Shown: positions 13,201 to 25,494, counted from the first letter of the stretch. The stretch: 64,000 bases of DNA from Mobula hypostoma (GCF_963921235.1 NC_086109.1:96906001-96970000); one strand, 5' to 3'. The notes: generated from the letters alone by a model not told the origin. Translations and numbers: made by a program.

Positions 13201-13733
13201 GGATCGGCGTTCTGGGTCTGTGGGGAACATGGGGACCAGTGTTCTGCGGATGTGGGGCTCAGTGTTCTGGGGGATGTGGGGACATGGGGATCGGCGTTCC
13301 AGGTCTGTGGGGAACGTGGGGATCGGTGTTCCGGATCTGTGGGGAACGTGGGGATCGGCGTTCTGGGTCTGTGGGGAACATGGGGACCAGTGTTCTGCAG
13401 ATGTGGGGCTCGGTGTTCTGGGGGATGTGGGGACATGGGGATCAGCGTTCCAGGTCTGTGGGGAACGTGGGGATCGGTGTTCCGGATCTGTGGGGAACGT
13501 GGGGATCGGCATTCTGGGTCTGTGGGGAACATGGAGATCAGTGTTCTGGGGAATGTGGGGATCGGTGTTCTGGGTCTATAGGTAACACATTTGCATGGTT
13601 TCTCTGTTTGCAGAGACGAGCTTTGAAACTTCAGCAGCAGAGACAGAGAGAAGTGCTGGAACACGAGCAGCAACGGGAGAAAGAGCTGGAGCGAGAGCGG
13701 CAACTGGTCGCTAAGCCTGCGAAGCTCTCGTAG
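1072..13733 (+). CDS. BLOC1S6: Biogenesis of lysosome-related organelles complex 1 subunit 6 (pallidin), 164 aa; join(1072..1126,5182..5326,6745..6832,11899..11985,13614..13733)
   Basis: Spliced translation contains VEKLTEGLISHYLPDL..ALQELTQNQVVLLDTLEQ..FTEAKCYHDKLVNIRREMVMLHERTTRLKRRALKLQQQRQRE, matching pallidin as recalled. All introns GT-AG with consistent phases (1,2,0,0). Adjacent to SQOR as in human. Confidence 0.95.
1240..1815. repeat. G-rich minisatellites in BLOC1S6 intron 1 (about 18-21 bp ggtcaggatggagatcggt and about 31 bp ggaggtccaggtgagacccctgttgg units)
   Basis: Directly visible tandem units. Confidence 0.85.
2420..3045 (+). mobile_element. CR1 LINE 3' fragment
   Basis: LEY.EQFWAP..LYSLQFRRMNGDLIKTYRMLKGLDRVD..RGHSLRIEG C-terminal CR1 ORF2 motifs plus 3' tail. 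Confidence 0.85.
4252..4869. mobile_element. Penelope-like element remnant with inverted terminal arms, inserted in a Rex-type LINE fragment
   Basis: Arms ..cacacaaaatgctggagg..agtcgacatttc (4280-4390) and their reverse complement (4765-4866); flanked by direct repeat cagtttct (4244, 4870). Confidence 0.65.
5182..5326 (+). CDS. BLOC1S6: BLOC1S6 coding exon 2
   Basis: ctgtgtctcag acceptor; VTEGGLEYEDSGELICVNQETVEKLTEGLISHYLPDLKQLKNALQELT; donor AC|GTACGT. Confidence 0.93.
5500..6005 (+). mobile_element. CR1 LINE 3' fragment
   Basis: MFPMVEESRTRGHSLRIEG..RRNFFIQRVLNLWNSLP and typical 3' tail. Confidence 0.85.
6745..6832 (+). CDS. BLOC1S6: BLOC1S6 coding exon 3
   Basis: cattttag acceptor; QNQVVLLDTLEQQIAKFRECHLVLDINAL; donor GTGAGT; 88 nt. 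Confidence 0.95.
7325..7445 (-). mobile_element. Second PLE-like family end with a decayed hammerhead-like motif
   Basis: Minus strand reads CTGACAA-aga-gggcag-agt-ttgtcc-GAAACATC..ccggctggcagcccgagaagagttca; CTGACGA and GAAACGTC would be restored by reversing CpG decay. Confidence 0.4.
8500..9400 (+). mobile_element. CR1 LINE ORF1 (zinc finger/SGNH esterase) fragment
   Basis: YNCRKCVQLQ; MVCYLPGARGQD..VVHAGTNDVG..RVVISGL. Confidence 0.8.
11190..11451. other. Assembly gap (N run) in BLOC1S6 intron 3
   Basis: Run of n. Confidence 1.
11505..11875. mobile_element. Penelope-like element remnant ending just upstream of BLOC1S6 exon 4
   Basis: ccgatgaacagtctcagcccgaaacattgactg..atagatgctgcc..ccagcattttgtgtgtgttgctctggatttccag arm. 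Confidence 0.6.
11899..11985 (+). CDS. BLOC1S6: BLOC1S6 coding exon 4
   Basis: ttttcctgtag acceptor; FTEAKCYHDKLVNIRREMVMLHERTTRLK; donor AAG|GTATGG; 87 nt (not in the ORF track). Confidence 0.95.
12955..13580. repeat. G-rich minisatellite, about 31 bp subunits in a 151 bp higher-order unit
   Basis: ggggaccagtgttctgc recurs at 13080, 13231, 13382; subunit gtggggatcggcgttccgggtctgtggggaac. Confidence 0.9.
13614..13733 (+). CDS. BLOC1S6: BLOC1S6 terminal coding exon
   Basis: tctctgtttgcag acceptor; RRALKLQQQRQREVLEHEQQREKELERERQLVAKPAKLS*. Confidence 0.95.
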   Translation, partial: RRALKLQQQRQREVLEHEQQREKELERERQLVAKPAKLS

Positions 13734-15271
13734 GCACCAGGGGCTGTGGCTTTAACAGCAAACACCAGTGGACTGGAGGTTCTGTGTGTTTGGAGGACGT
13801 CCTGCCACACAATGTTTCAGAGCACGGAGTTATGAATACTAACCTGCAGTTCATCTGCTGTGAACAACTCAAAATACCAACCGTAGGAAACCAAAATGCG
13901 CTTTTTATGAAGGGGGTCTTTAGGGAGATTTTCACTGGGACCGCTGGGTGATGCGTGGTCCAACATTATACGCAGTGCCCAGTGCCGGGTACGATGTTGG
14001 ACCACGCATTGTAGCCGTGATGTCGTGCCCTGGCACTGCATGGCTTTCATTGTCCTCAAACAACAATGGTTCCGGATTCTTCTACCCCTTGGAACAATGG
14101 TTAATCAGGCAGTGATGGACGAGAATGCTGTCATCACTCCCTTGAGTGAGGTCTCTGAGGCAGCAGGTTGTCTCGTCGTTTCTCTGTGGCTAGGACGGGG
14201 GTCCAGGGTCTGGTGAAGTCAGACTGGGTGTCACAACTGAGGCTGCCGCGTTATCTTCAGGTTTATGGATCGGGCCTTTCGGATGCCCGCACTAGGTGAG
14301 AATAGTTACTAAACTGTGAGCAGGTCTCGGGGTTTGGTTTGGGGCTGATGCCCCAACATGGAACACAGTCTGGATTTTAGATGTGACTGGCTGCAGCACA
14401 GGTTTGTCAGGAGAAGCAGACGTAGAGATCCCACTCTGAGTTGGCAGCTGGGAATGCTGCTCTCTGTCCTCTCTGCTTACATTTGCTCACCTCACCTCCG
14501 CTCAGGGTTTCATTACAATCACTGATGACTTAGACCGATGGTAGGTTTGCTTTCAGAATCACTTTAATGCCATTCCTAAAGTTGTTTAAACTCAATTCCA
14601 CCACAGGCATGTCTGCCTCGGCCTCTGCTCCAGACTGAAATGTGACTGTAATGTTGGTGATAGGTTCTGAAGGGAACATTTACAGTCACTAGACCTTGAC
14701 CACACTGCTCCATCAGGGCTCGCTTCTCCAGTCCAGGACCTGTGCCCCGCCAGAGCTCAGTCAGACTGCTGCCTAGAGACAGCTACTGAAACGGTGTTTA
14801 CTGCCTTCCTGATTGTGGCTGGGAGGCTGGAATTTCCCCTCTATGCAATGGGCTCATTCTGTAAGCCAAGTTAAACTCTGATCTCCCCCGGTCACAATGG
14901 GTGGAGGAGTTTTTCATTTGCTTCTTAAACCCCATCACCCCTACAGGGGCTTGGCCTCCAACTGCAGCTCACCAGAGTCCTTGGTCCTGAGCCAATAGAA
15001 GGTTGATGGGCCCTGTGGCTTCCAGTTTCACCCCATGACTTCATACGTCTTCTTGGTGAGTGTCCCAGGAACGAGGTGGTTGGAGCTTCTGTTGGTGTTG
15101 GCTGTGCATCTTTACAGGATTCCCAAGCCCCCACCTCCAAGCCTGGCTTGGAACCATCGATGGCGGAGTTAGGTGGGGAGGTTCATCAGTGGAAATCATC
15201 TGGGAACTAACAAACCACCCCAAAACAAAATTAAAAGTTTCCACTTGGCTTTTTTGATTATGCTCACATGA

Positions 15272-15298
15272 AATAAAATGTAAGATGTTGGAAATAAA
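15272..15298 (+). terminator. Probable BLOC1S6 polyadenylation signals (two AATAAA)
   Basis: AATAAA at 15272 and 15293, ending about 1.55 kb of apparently repeat-free sequence after the stop; interspersed repeats resume right after. Confidence 0.6.
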
Positions 15299-17178
15299 AG
15301 ATTAAAGATCAGCTTTATTTGTCACATGTACACAGAAACATACAGTGAAATGTGTCGTTTGCATCGACGACCCCACAGTCCGAGGGTGCGCTGGGGTGGG
15401 GTGGGGGGGGGGGAGACAGCCCATAAGTGTAACCGTGCGTCCGACACCAATAAAGTTCAATGTAAATTAAAGTACATATATGTCACCATATATGATTCAT
15501 TTTCTTGCGGGCATTCTCATTTGACACCATGGAATCAATGAAAAACTACACACAAAGACAGACCAGCAACCGATGTGCATGTCCACAACTCATTTGCCAT
15601 AACCCATAGGTCTTTGGAAACCAGAACACCCTGAGGAAACCCATGCGGTCACGGGGAGAAAGTACGAACTCCTTACAGACAGCAGTGGGAAGTGAACCGC
15701 GACTCCTGGTGCGGTAAGTCGTTACTCTAAACATTATGCTACCATGATGAAATGTTCCACAAGTGGGGCAGGAGCAGTGTCTTGTCATCAGCCTCCACAG
15801 CTGCTGCTTGACCAGCCGTGTTTCCCGTACACAGTATTTTACATAGAATCACGCGTGTTTGAAGGCTGAGGCACCCGTGGTTTGAATCCTCACGAGCCCT
15901 GATTGCCTTCACTGAAAGAAGCCCTAAGTGACTGCTCTGTCCTGTCCTGTCCCCTGCACCCCACTCCCCACCCACTGCTTGGACGTGCTCAGATTGCACG
16001 GGGCTGGGCTCTGACCCAGCATGACACCCATTGGGGCCGAGTTGCTGGAGGGGTTGGGGCCAGGGTGCTGGTTTGTGTTTGATTGGTGGGCACATCTGTG
16101 GGAGGGGCAAATGTTTCAACCAACAGGTAAGCAAGTTACTGGCACCTTAAAACCAGTCACCATGGTTTGCAGCTCATCTAGGAGAAGAAAACCTCCACTA
16201 CATCATGATCATGGGGAAGGGTTTGGGAGTAAACCCCAAGGGGAAAAATCTAGAACTGAAGTCCCTAAGGCAGTCCTACGTTGAGTTCAACACTGATTGG
16301 CAACTTTGCGTTGCCTCAGCTGCCAAACTATCAGCGTCTGCCATCCCTTTGGATTCATCAGCCGTGTGGTATGGGGGAGCTTGCTACATGGGCAACAGCT
16401 TGCTCTCCATATCGTACTGTCCTGACTTGCAAGTCACATAGACAGCTGGGACACAACAGACATGGTCAGTCCACCTAATGGAGGGCATCAAGATCCCATC
16501 CAGCCCTAGGGACCATTTCACCAATAGACCCAACACCTCCTGATCGCTACATGCCCTGGATTATTAGTTTAGTCCACACAGACCTCCTTTCACCATGTCC
16601 TCTTGGGTGAACACAATCTGATAGGACCTCACTCCATCCAGACAGTCCTTCCTTTATCTTTGGGTGGTCCCACTCCGCCCCTTGCCTACCCTCTTGTTAA
16701 TGTTCAAACCTCTTCGGCACATATATATAGTCAGGGTGCCAAAGACTTTTGCACAGTTCTGTAGTAATTCTATGTATTGCCCTGTACTGCTGCAAAAAAA
16801 AACTAAATTCATGACATGTGAGTGATGATAAACCTGATTGTGATGTAGGTCCCTATTGTGGACTGAGAGTGAGAAAGGGGCAGGAAGAGGGGAATCCTGG
16901 TTGTGAAAATGGGAATGGAGAGTGGAGGGAGCAGGAGGCACCAGAGAGATATTTTGTAATGATCAGGAAACCAATTGTTTGGAATTATATGACCTTGCCT
17001 GGCGTCTCAGGGCTGGGTGAGTCTGCACTCACCCCACCCCTACCCCTGGCACTCCTCTGCCACCCGACCCACACCCCTCCTGTACCCCCCCACCCTCCCC
17101 ACTCCCAAAATCCTTTGCTCCCGCCAGATTCACAAACTCACTCTCCGCTCCATGTTGACAAATACAGTTCTGTGCAAA

Positions 17179-17383
17179 CAACACACATCAAAGTTGCTGG
17201 TGAATGCAGCAGGCCAGGCAGCATCTCTAGGAAGAAGTACAGTCGACGTTTCGGGTCGAAGGGTCTTGGCCCGAAACGTCGACTGTACCTCTTCCTAGAG
17301 ATGCTGCCTAGCCTGCTGCGTTCACCAGCAACTTTGATGTGTGTTGCTTGAATTTCCAGCATCTGCAGAATTCCTCATGTTTG
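17179..17383. mobile_element. Fold-back Penelope-like insert with 14 bp target-site duplication
   Basis: Near-perfect palindrome 17180-17345; cagttctgtgcaaa duplicated at 17165-17178 and 17384-17397. Confidence 0.75.
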
Positions 17384-17664
17384 CAGTTCTGTGCAAAGGT
17401 TTTTGGCACCCTAGCTAGATGTATGCCCAAGACATTTTTGCAGTACTGTGTGTATAAAATGCCTTTGAATTTTCCTTGACCATTTCTGCCTTCTCAGTCC
17501 CCTGCTTGAGTTCTTTCCTACCATGTTTTACTCCTTAGGAACAATCTTGTCCGATCTCTGCTTTCTAAACCTTACATATGCTCCTTGTTCTTCTCCTAAA
17601 TGTACAATGAGAGGCCAAGCCCTTTTCTCATTACCACCACCAGGAAGCGGGTACAGGAACCTCA

Positions 17665-18035
17665 GGACCCACACCACCAGATTCAGGAACAGTTATTACC
17701 CAGCAACCATCAGGTCCCACACCACCAGGTTTAGGAACAGTTATTACTCTACAACAATCAGGTCCCACACTACCAGGTTCAGGAACAGTTATTACCCCTC
17801 AACCATCAAGTCCCACACCACCAGGTTCAGGAACAGTTATTACCCCTCAACCACCAGGTTCGGGAACAGTTATTACCCCTCAACCTTCAGGTCCCACACC
17901 ACCAGGTTCAGGAACAGTTATTATCCCTCAACCATCAGGTCCCACACCACCAGGTTCAGGAACAGTTATTACCCCTCAACCATCAGGTCCCACACCACCA
18001 GGTTCAGGAACAGTTATTACCCCTCAACCATCAGG
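17665..18035 (+). repeat. 48 bp tandem repeat amplified from the 3' coding end of a Rex/Babar-type LINE
   Basis: Unit translates SHTTRFRNSYYPSTIR, resembling the RTNRFRDSFFHQAIR LINE C-terminus seen near 46330; about 8 copies. Confidence 0.8.
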
Positions 18036-18199
18036 GTTTTCTTTGCACAGTGGTTATTTGTCAGTCTTTGTATATGAATAGCATATTGTAAACTCTATTG
18101 TTTAATGTTCTTGTAAATACCTACAGGAGCATAAATCTCAAGGTGGTGTATAATTTATACTTACTTTGCTAATACATCTACTTTGAACTTTGAAATCTC

Positions 18200-20070
18200 T
18201 TTCATAGAACCATAGAAACTACAGCACAGAAACAGGCCTTTTGGCCCTTCTTGGCTGTGCCGAAGCATTTTCTGCCTAGTCCCACTGACCTGCACATGGA
18301 CCATATCCCTCCATACCCCTCCCATCCATGTATGTGTCCAATTTATTCTTAAATGTTAAAAAATAACCTGCATTTACCACCTCGTCTGGCAGCTCATTCC
18401 ATACTCCCACCACTCTCTGTGTGAAGAAGCCCCCCCTAATGTTCCCTTTAAAACTTTTCTCCCTTCACCCTTAGCCCATGTCCTCTGGTTTTTTTCTCCC
18501 CTTGCCTCAGTGGAAAAAGCCTGTTTGTATTCACTCTATCTATACCCATCATAATTTTATATACCTCTATCAAATCTCCCCTCATTCTTCTACGCTCCAG
18601 GGAATAAAGTCCTAACCTATTCAACCTTTCTCTGTAACTGAGATTCTCAAGTCCCAGCAACATCCTTGTAAACCTTCTCTGCACTCTTTCAACCTTATTT
18701 ATATCCTTCCTGTAATTTGGTGACCAAAACTGAACACAATACTCCAGATTCGGCCTCACCAATGCCTTATACAACCTCATCATAACATTCCAGCTCTTAT
18801 ACTCAATACTTCGATTAATAAAGGCCAATGTACCAAAAGCTCTCTTTACGACCCTATCTACCTGTGACGACACTTTTAGGGAATTTTGTATCTGTATTCC
18901 CAGATCCCTCTGTTCCACTGCACTCCTCAGTGGCTTACCATTAACCCTGTATGTTCTACGTTGGTTTGTCCTTCCGACGTGCAATACCTCACACTTGTCA
19001 GTATTAACCTCCATCTGCCATTTTTCAGCCCATTTATCCAGTTGGTCCAAGGCCCTCTGCAGGCTCTGAAAACCTTCCTCACTGTCTACTACACCTCCAA
19101 TCTTTGTATCATCAGCAAACTTGCTGATCCATTTTACCACATTATCATCCAGATCATTGATATAGATGACAAATAACAATGGACCCAGCACTGATCCCTG
19201 TGGCACACCACTAGTCACAGGCCTCCACTCAGAGAAGCAATTCTCTACCACCACTCTCTGGCTTCTTCCATCGAGCCAATGTCTAATCCAATTTACCACC
19301 TCTCCATGTATACCTAGTGACTGAATTTTCCTAACTAACCTCCCATGCGGGACCTTGTCAAAGGCCTTACTGAAGTCCATGTAGACAATATCCACTGCCT
19401 TCCCTTCATCCACTTTCCTGGTAACCTCCTTGAAAAACTCCAACAGATTGGTCAAACATGACCTACCACACACAAAGCCATGTTGACTCTCCCTAATAAG
19501 CCCTGTCTATCCAAATGCTTGTAGATTCTGTCTCTTAGTACTCCCTCCAATAACTTACCTACTACTGACGTTAAACTCACCAGCCTATAATTTCCCAGAT
19601 TACTTTTCGATCCTTTTTTAAACAACGGAACAACATGAGCTACTCTCCAATCCTCCGGCACTTCACCCGTAGACAGCGACATTTTAAATATTTCTGCCAG
19701 GCCCCCCGTAATTTCAACACTAGTCTCCTTCAAAGTCCGAGGGAACACTCTGTCAGGTCCCGGGGATTTATCCACTTTAATTTTCCTCAAGACAGCAAGC
19801 ACCTCCTCCTTTTCGATCTGTACAGTCTCTATGATCTCACTACTTGTTTCCCTTAATTCCATAGACTTCATGCCAGTTTCCTTAGTAAACACAGACGCAA
19901 AAAACCTATTTAAGATCTCCCCCATTTCCTTTGGTTCCGCACATAGCCGACCACTCTGATCTTCAAGAGGACCAATTTTATCCCTTACAATCCTTTTGCT
20001 CTTAATATACTTGTAAAAGCTCTTTGGATTATCCTTCACTTTGACTGCCAAGGCAACCTCATGTCTTCTT
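18200..20070 (-). mobile_element. Young 5'-truncated CR1 LINE (RT domain, one frameshift)
   Basis: ORFs 19452..20051 and 18448..19473: KSPGPD, DFSKAFDKVPH, GVPQGSVLGP, KFADDTK; 3' tail near 18205. Confidence 0.95.
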
Positions 20071-22159
20071 TTTCATGTCTTCATTTTCCAAGGTTCCATT
20101 CCCTTCCTTACTCGTCCCTCCTCTTTACCAGAATTTTCCAGTTATGAAATCGGATCGGCTGCTCTCTAATTGTCTCACCCATGGAAGACGTGCACTTGCC
20201 CAATTACTTCTGCTCCTAATTAACTCTTGCCTGATGATGTCGCAAAGTAACACACACAAAATGTAACAGATTTGTTTGTGTTGTTATGTAACTTCATCTG
20301 ATTGCATGCTTCCCAACTGACCTCTGGACATTCAAAATTTCAAGTAAATTTATTGCCCAAGTACACATCTCACACCCTGTACAGTCCCTGAGATACAAGA
20401 AACGCAATAGAATCAATGAAAAACCACACCCAACTACACAGAGAAGCAATCAAAACTGCAAATAAACTTCAAACTGCAAACACAAAAAAAGAAATTAGCA
20501 ATAAATATTGATAAGCTGAGTAAAGAGTCCTTGAAAGGGAGTCCCTTGGTTGTGAGAACATTTCAGTGATGGGGCAAGTGAACTTATCTCCTTTGGCTCA
20601 GGAGCCTGATGGTTGGGAGATAATAACTGTTCCTGAACCTGGTGCTGTGAGTCCATTTCCTGATGCTGGTAGCGAGAGGAGGATATGCCCTGTTTTAGTG
20701 GGGTTCTTGATGGATGCTGCTTTCCAGTGTAGATTTGCTCATTGCTACGGAGGACCTTCCCTGTGATGGACTGGGCCATATGTTCCACTTCTTGGGTGCT
20801 TTAACATTCAAGAGCACTGGTACTTCCTTACCAGTTCATGATACAACCAGTCACTGCACATCGATAGAAGTTTGTCAAAGTTTGAGATGACATGCTGAAT
20901 CTTCACAAATTGCTAAGGAAGTAGAGACACTGTCATGCTTTCTTCATAATTGCACTTGGTCCCAGGACAGATACTCTGAGATGATAACACTGAGGAATTT
21001 AAAGTTGCTGACCCTCTCCACTTCTGATCTGGTGAGCAGGAAAGTTACGAGAAGTCCAGGTACGATCTCCAGAAAGCCATCTCATGGGCCAAGTTGCAAT
21101 TCCAGACTAAACTTCAATCATCAAAGCAGGCTTGAATACGATCATGTCTTATAAGTATTTGTTAAATAGGGGCCGTGCACAATTCTGATTTGATGGAGAC
21201 AGACATGAGAAGCGCAGAGGAACACCTGGAGTAACTTCTGAAATGCCCGGTTCGCTGCCGCTGCTACTGTGTGATCGAGAATCTCCAGAGGGAAGGCCCC
21301 AAAATCCCCATCTTTGCCTGCTGCTGGCAACTGGGGCTGGGGTCGAAGCGTTCAGCAGAGTTGGTGCTCGGTGTCGGAGGGCTGGTTGGAACTCGAAGTT
21401 TTCGGACGACTCAGAGTTGGACTGTGGTCAGGTATGGCAGGGAGAGTTTTCTTCCTTCTCCCATTTGTGTGAGATGTGGGACTTTCGAGAGACTTTGAAC
21501 TTTTTACCATCTCATGGTCTGTTCTTCATCAAGTTATGGTATTGTTGCACTGTTGTAACTATATGTTATAATTATGTGGGTTTTGTCAGTTTTCCAGTCT
21601 TGGTCTGTCCTGTGTTTCTGTGATATCACACCAGAGGAATATTGTATCATTTCTTAATGCATGTATTACTAAATGACAATAAAAGAGCACTGCGTGTCCT
21701 CATAATCTAATCTAATCCTCTCCGGTGATAGTAATGAGAAGAGATTGAGTGAGTGTATCAGTGGAGGAAAACTGGTGAGGACAGACATAGAGAGTCCTCA
21801 CACTGTCCTGTCATTCACTGGAGGTCGGAGGGATTGTACATCCCATGGTAATGTGAAAATGTTGGTTCAAAGGTTCAAAGGTCCAATGTCAGAGAAATGA
21901 AATGTTGGGATCAGGGAATTAGAAGGTGGCAATGGACTTTGGACCGGCTCTATCCAGGGACTCCACTCCAGTCCATTCCCACTTCCATCTGCTGCCAGCA
22001 GGCAACAGAGAAGGTGATCTGCTGTAGGACAGAGGTGATCTAGTGTGTGGGGTGAGCTGGTGTGGGGTGTGACCCAGTGTGTGGTATGTGATTCAGTGTA
22101 TGTGGTGTGAGAGTGTGTGTGTGCGTGTGTGTGGTGGCCCAGTGTGAGGTGATGGAATT

Positions 22160-24725
22160 ACATCTTTTGAAAGGGATGACATAAGGTTAGAGAATGTTGA
22201 ATCTTTGTGGGAGGAGTTAAGAAACTGCAAGAGTTAAAAAAAAACATTATGGATTTCATATATAGGCCTCCAATTAGTAGCCAAGATGTGGGGTTGAGTT
22301 TGCAAAGGGAGCTGGAAAAGGGTAATGTCACAATTGTAATGGGTAACTTCAATATGCAAGGGGATTGGGAAAATCAGGTTGGCGTCAGATTGCGAGACAG
22401 GGAATATGTTGAACGCTTATGAAATGTTTTTCTTAGAGCAGCTTGTGCTCGGGGAAAGGGTATCTTAGATTAGGTGCTGTGTAATAACCCAGATCTTATT
22501 AGGGAACTTAATGTAAAGGGACCCTGAGGAGGCAGTGATGATGATATGACTGAATCCATACTGCAGTTTGAGAGGAAGAAGCTCAAGTCAGATGTACCAG
22601 TATCACAATGGAATAAAGAGAATTACAGACGCATGGGAGAGGAGCTTGCCCTGGTATATTGGAGGAGAATACTGGCAGGGATGATGGCAGAGCAGAGATG
22701 GCTGAAGTTTCTGGGAATAGTTCACAAAGCACAGGATAGATATGTCCCACAGAGGAAGTTCTCATATGGCAGGGATAGGCAACCATGGCTGACAAAGGAA
22801 GTTAAGGACTGCATAAAGCCAAGGAAAGGGCATATAGGTAGCAAAAGTGAGTGGGAAGTTGGTTGATTGGGAAACTTTTAAAATCCAACAAAAGGGAATT
22901 AAAAAAACTATAAGAAGGGAAAAGATGAAATATGAGGGCAGACTAGCCAATAATATAAAGCAGGACACCAAAAGTTTTTTCAGTTATATAAAGAGTAAAA
23001 GGGAGGTGAGAGTTTATATTGGATCACTGGAAAATTATGTTGGTGAGGTAGTAATGGGGTCAAAGATATGGCAGATGAACTTAATAGGTACTTTGCATCA
23101 GTCTTCACAGTGGAAGACACTGGCAGTGTGCCAGAGGTCCGTGAGTGTCAGGGAGCAGGAGTGAGTGCCATTGCTATTCCAAGGGAAAAGGGGCCGGGCA
23201 ATCTCAAAGGTCTTGAAGTCACCTGGACAGATGGACTACATACCAGAGTCCTGAGAGAGGTTGCTGAAAAGATAACAGATGCATTGAACAGATGCATCAC
23301 TTGATTCTGGAATGGTCCTGGAGGACTGGAAAATTGTAAATGTCACTCCACTCTTTAAGAAGGGAGGAAGGCAAAAGAAAGGAAATTATAGGCTAATTAG
23401 CCTAACCTCAGTGGTTGGGAAGTATTGCAGTCTATTATTAAGGATGAGGTTTCGAGGTACTTGATAAAATAAGTCAAAATCAACATGGTTTCTATGAAGG
23501 GAAATCTTGCCTGACAAATCTGTTAGAATTCTTCAAGGAAACAGCAAGCAGGGTGGACAAAGGAGAGGCAGTGGATGCCATTCACTTGGATTTTCAGAAG
23601 GCATTTGATAAGGTGCCACACATGAGACTGCTTAACAAAATAAAATTTGATGATGTTTCAGGAAAGATATTGGCATGGATAGTGGGATGGCTGACAGGCA
23701 GGAGGCAGTGAGTGGGAATGAAAGGGGCCTTTTCTGGTTGGCTCAGGGGTCAGTATTGGGACCGCTACTTTACACATTGTTTGTCAATGATTGAGATAAT
23801 GGAATTGATGGCTTTGTGACAAAGTTTTCGGATCATACGAAGATAGGAGAAGGGGTAGGTAGTGCTGAGGAAGCAATGTGATTGGAAGAACGGGCAAAAA
23901 AGTGGCAGATGGAATACAGTGTTGGGAAATGTATGATAATGAACTTTGGTAAAAGGAACAATAGTGCAGACTATTATCTAAATGGGGAGAAAATTCAAAC
24001 ATCAGATTTGCAAAGGGACTTGGGAGTCCTTGTGCAAGACTCCCAGAAGGTTAATTTACAGGTTGAGTCTGTGGTAAAGAAGGCGAATGCAATGTTTACA
24101 TTTATTTCAAGGGGAATACTGTAGAATATAAAAGCAAGGAGATAATGCTGAGCCTTTATAAGACACTAGTTAAACTGCACTTGGAGTATTGTCAATAATT
24201 TTGGTCCCCATATCTCAGAACGGATGTCTTGGCATTGGAGAGAGTCCAGAGGAGGTTCATGAGGGTGATTCTGGTAATGAAGGGGTTAATATGAGGAGCA
24301 TTTGGCAGCTTTGGGCCTGTACTCACTGGAATTTAGAAGAATGTGGTGGGAATCCCATTGAAACCTACCGAGTGTTGAAAGGACAAGATACAGTGGATGT
24401 GGAGAGGATGTTTCCTGTGGTGGGGTATCCAGAACTAGAGGGCGCAGCCTCAAAAATTGAGGGGTGGTCCTTGAGAATGGAGGTAAAGAGGACTTTTTTT
24501 TTTAGCTAGAGAGTAGTGGATCTGTGGAATGCTGTGCTGCAGACTGCGGTGGAGGCCAAATCTGTGTGTATATTTAAAGTCGGAAGTTGATTGTTTCCTA
24601 ATCGGTCAGGGCATCAAAGGATCTGGCGAGAAAGCAGGTGTACGGGGTTGAGTGGGGTCTGAGATCAGCTATGATGGAGCACACTTGATGGGCTGAATGG
24701 CCTAATCAGCTCCTATGTCTTGTGT
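22160..24725 (+). mobile_element. Degenerate CR1 LINE ORF2 (endonuclease tail to RT) with 3' end
   Basis: YRPP..MGNFN, FASVFTVED, DFQKAFDKVPH, QRDLGVLVQ motifs with many frameshifts. Confidence 0.9.
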
Positions 24726-24789
24726 TATCGGAGTGGATGGGAAATGGTTACAGTTTCACCCTGTTGTTAGTTACACTGTAGTTACAGTT

Positions 24790-25430
24790 TCACCGTGGTA
24801 ACGGTTGGTGACAGGAAGCTGGGAGCGGTTTGGTGTGTTCGGTGTCGCTGCCTGCCGCTCGCCAGCGGACTCCGCAGAGTTTCTCTGCGTCACCGGGTCC
24901 GAGGGGGAACTGTTTGCGGGTCGCTGCCAGAGGTCAGTCAGTGTTGGTTGTTTTTACAACCCTCCCCTCATTCCATAACCCACTCACTCGCGGCCGGAAA
25001 CATTCCCAGCTCCGAGCGTGAGCGCTCAGTCCGCTCGGCCGCCCGGACTGTCACCCCCGACACCGGACAGAGTGAGGAGTGAGGCGGGCCTACCCCAGCT
25101 GTGTGGGTCCGGGGCCGCAGAGACCCGGTTCGATTCCGCCCCCGCCGTCTCCCGTCTCCCCTCTGCCCCCTCTCCGCTCGCCCAGCGGCCGCCATACCGC
25201 CGTGTGTTCTGCGTTTTGTGGCCGAGCCGCTAAACCGACTGCCGGGAGCGCGGGAGAATAAGCGGACCGGTGGCCGGGGAGAGGGACTGGATATCCCCCT
25301 CGGTGGTGGGAGACCGGATCTCTCCACTTCGGTCTCGCCCGCAGCCACGGCTCCTTCCCGCCTCTGTTTTCATGGCCCTGGCGCTCGGAAACTCCTGTCG
25401 CCAAATTCGCTGCCGGACTCACAAGTTACT
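24790..25430 (+). promoter_or_regulatory. CpG island, probable SQOR promoter and non-coding exon 1 (candidate donors GTGAGG at 25072 and 25079)
   Basis: Only CpG island between the BLOC1S6 polyA and the first SQOR coding exon, which begins with an acceptor 4 nt before its ATG and so needs an upstream exon; ETS-like CCGGAA near 24995. Confidence 0.65.
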
Positions 25431-25494
25431 AACGCCTACTAATTGGTGACTGGAAAGAATAAACTATCTCCAATCCGATCTATAATCCCATAAA

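Noticed and set aside
12876-13613. 200-275 aa ORFs on both strands
   Set aside because: Minisatellite translation; only 13614-13733 is the true BLOC1S6 exon
18448-20051. Active reverse transcriptase gene
   Set aside because: 5'-truncated CR1 with a frameshift near 19470-19500 and no endonuclease or ORF1
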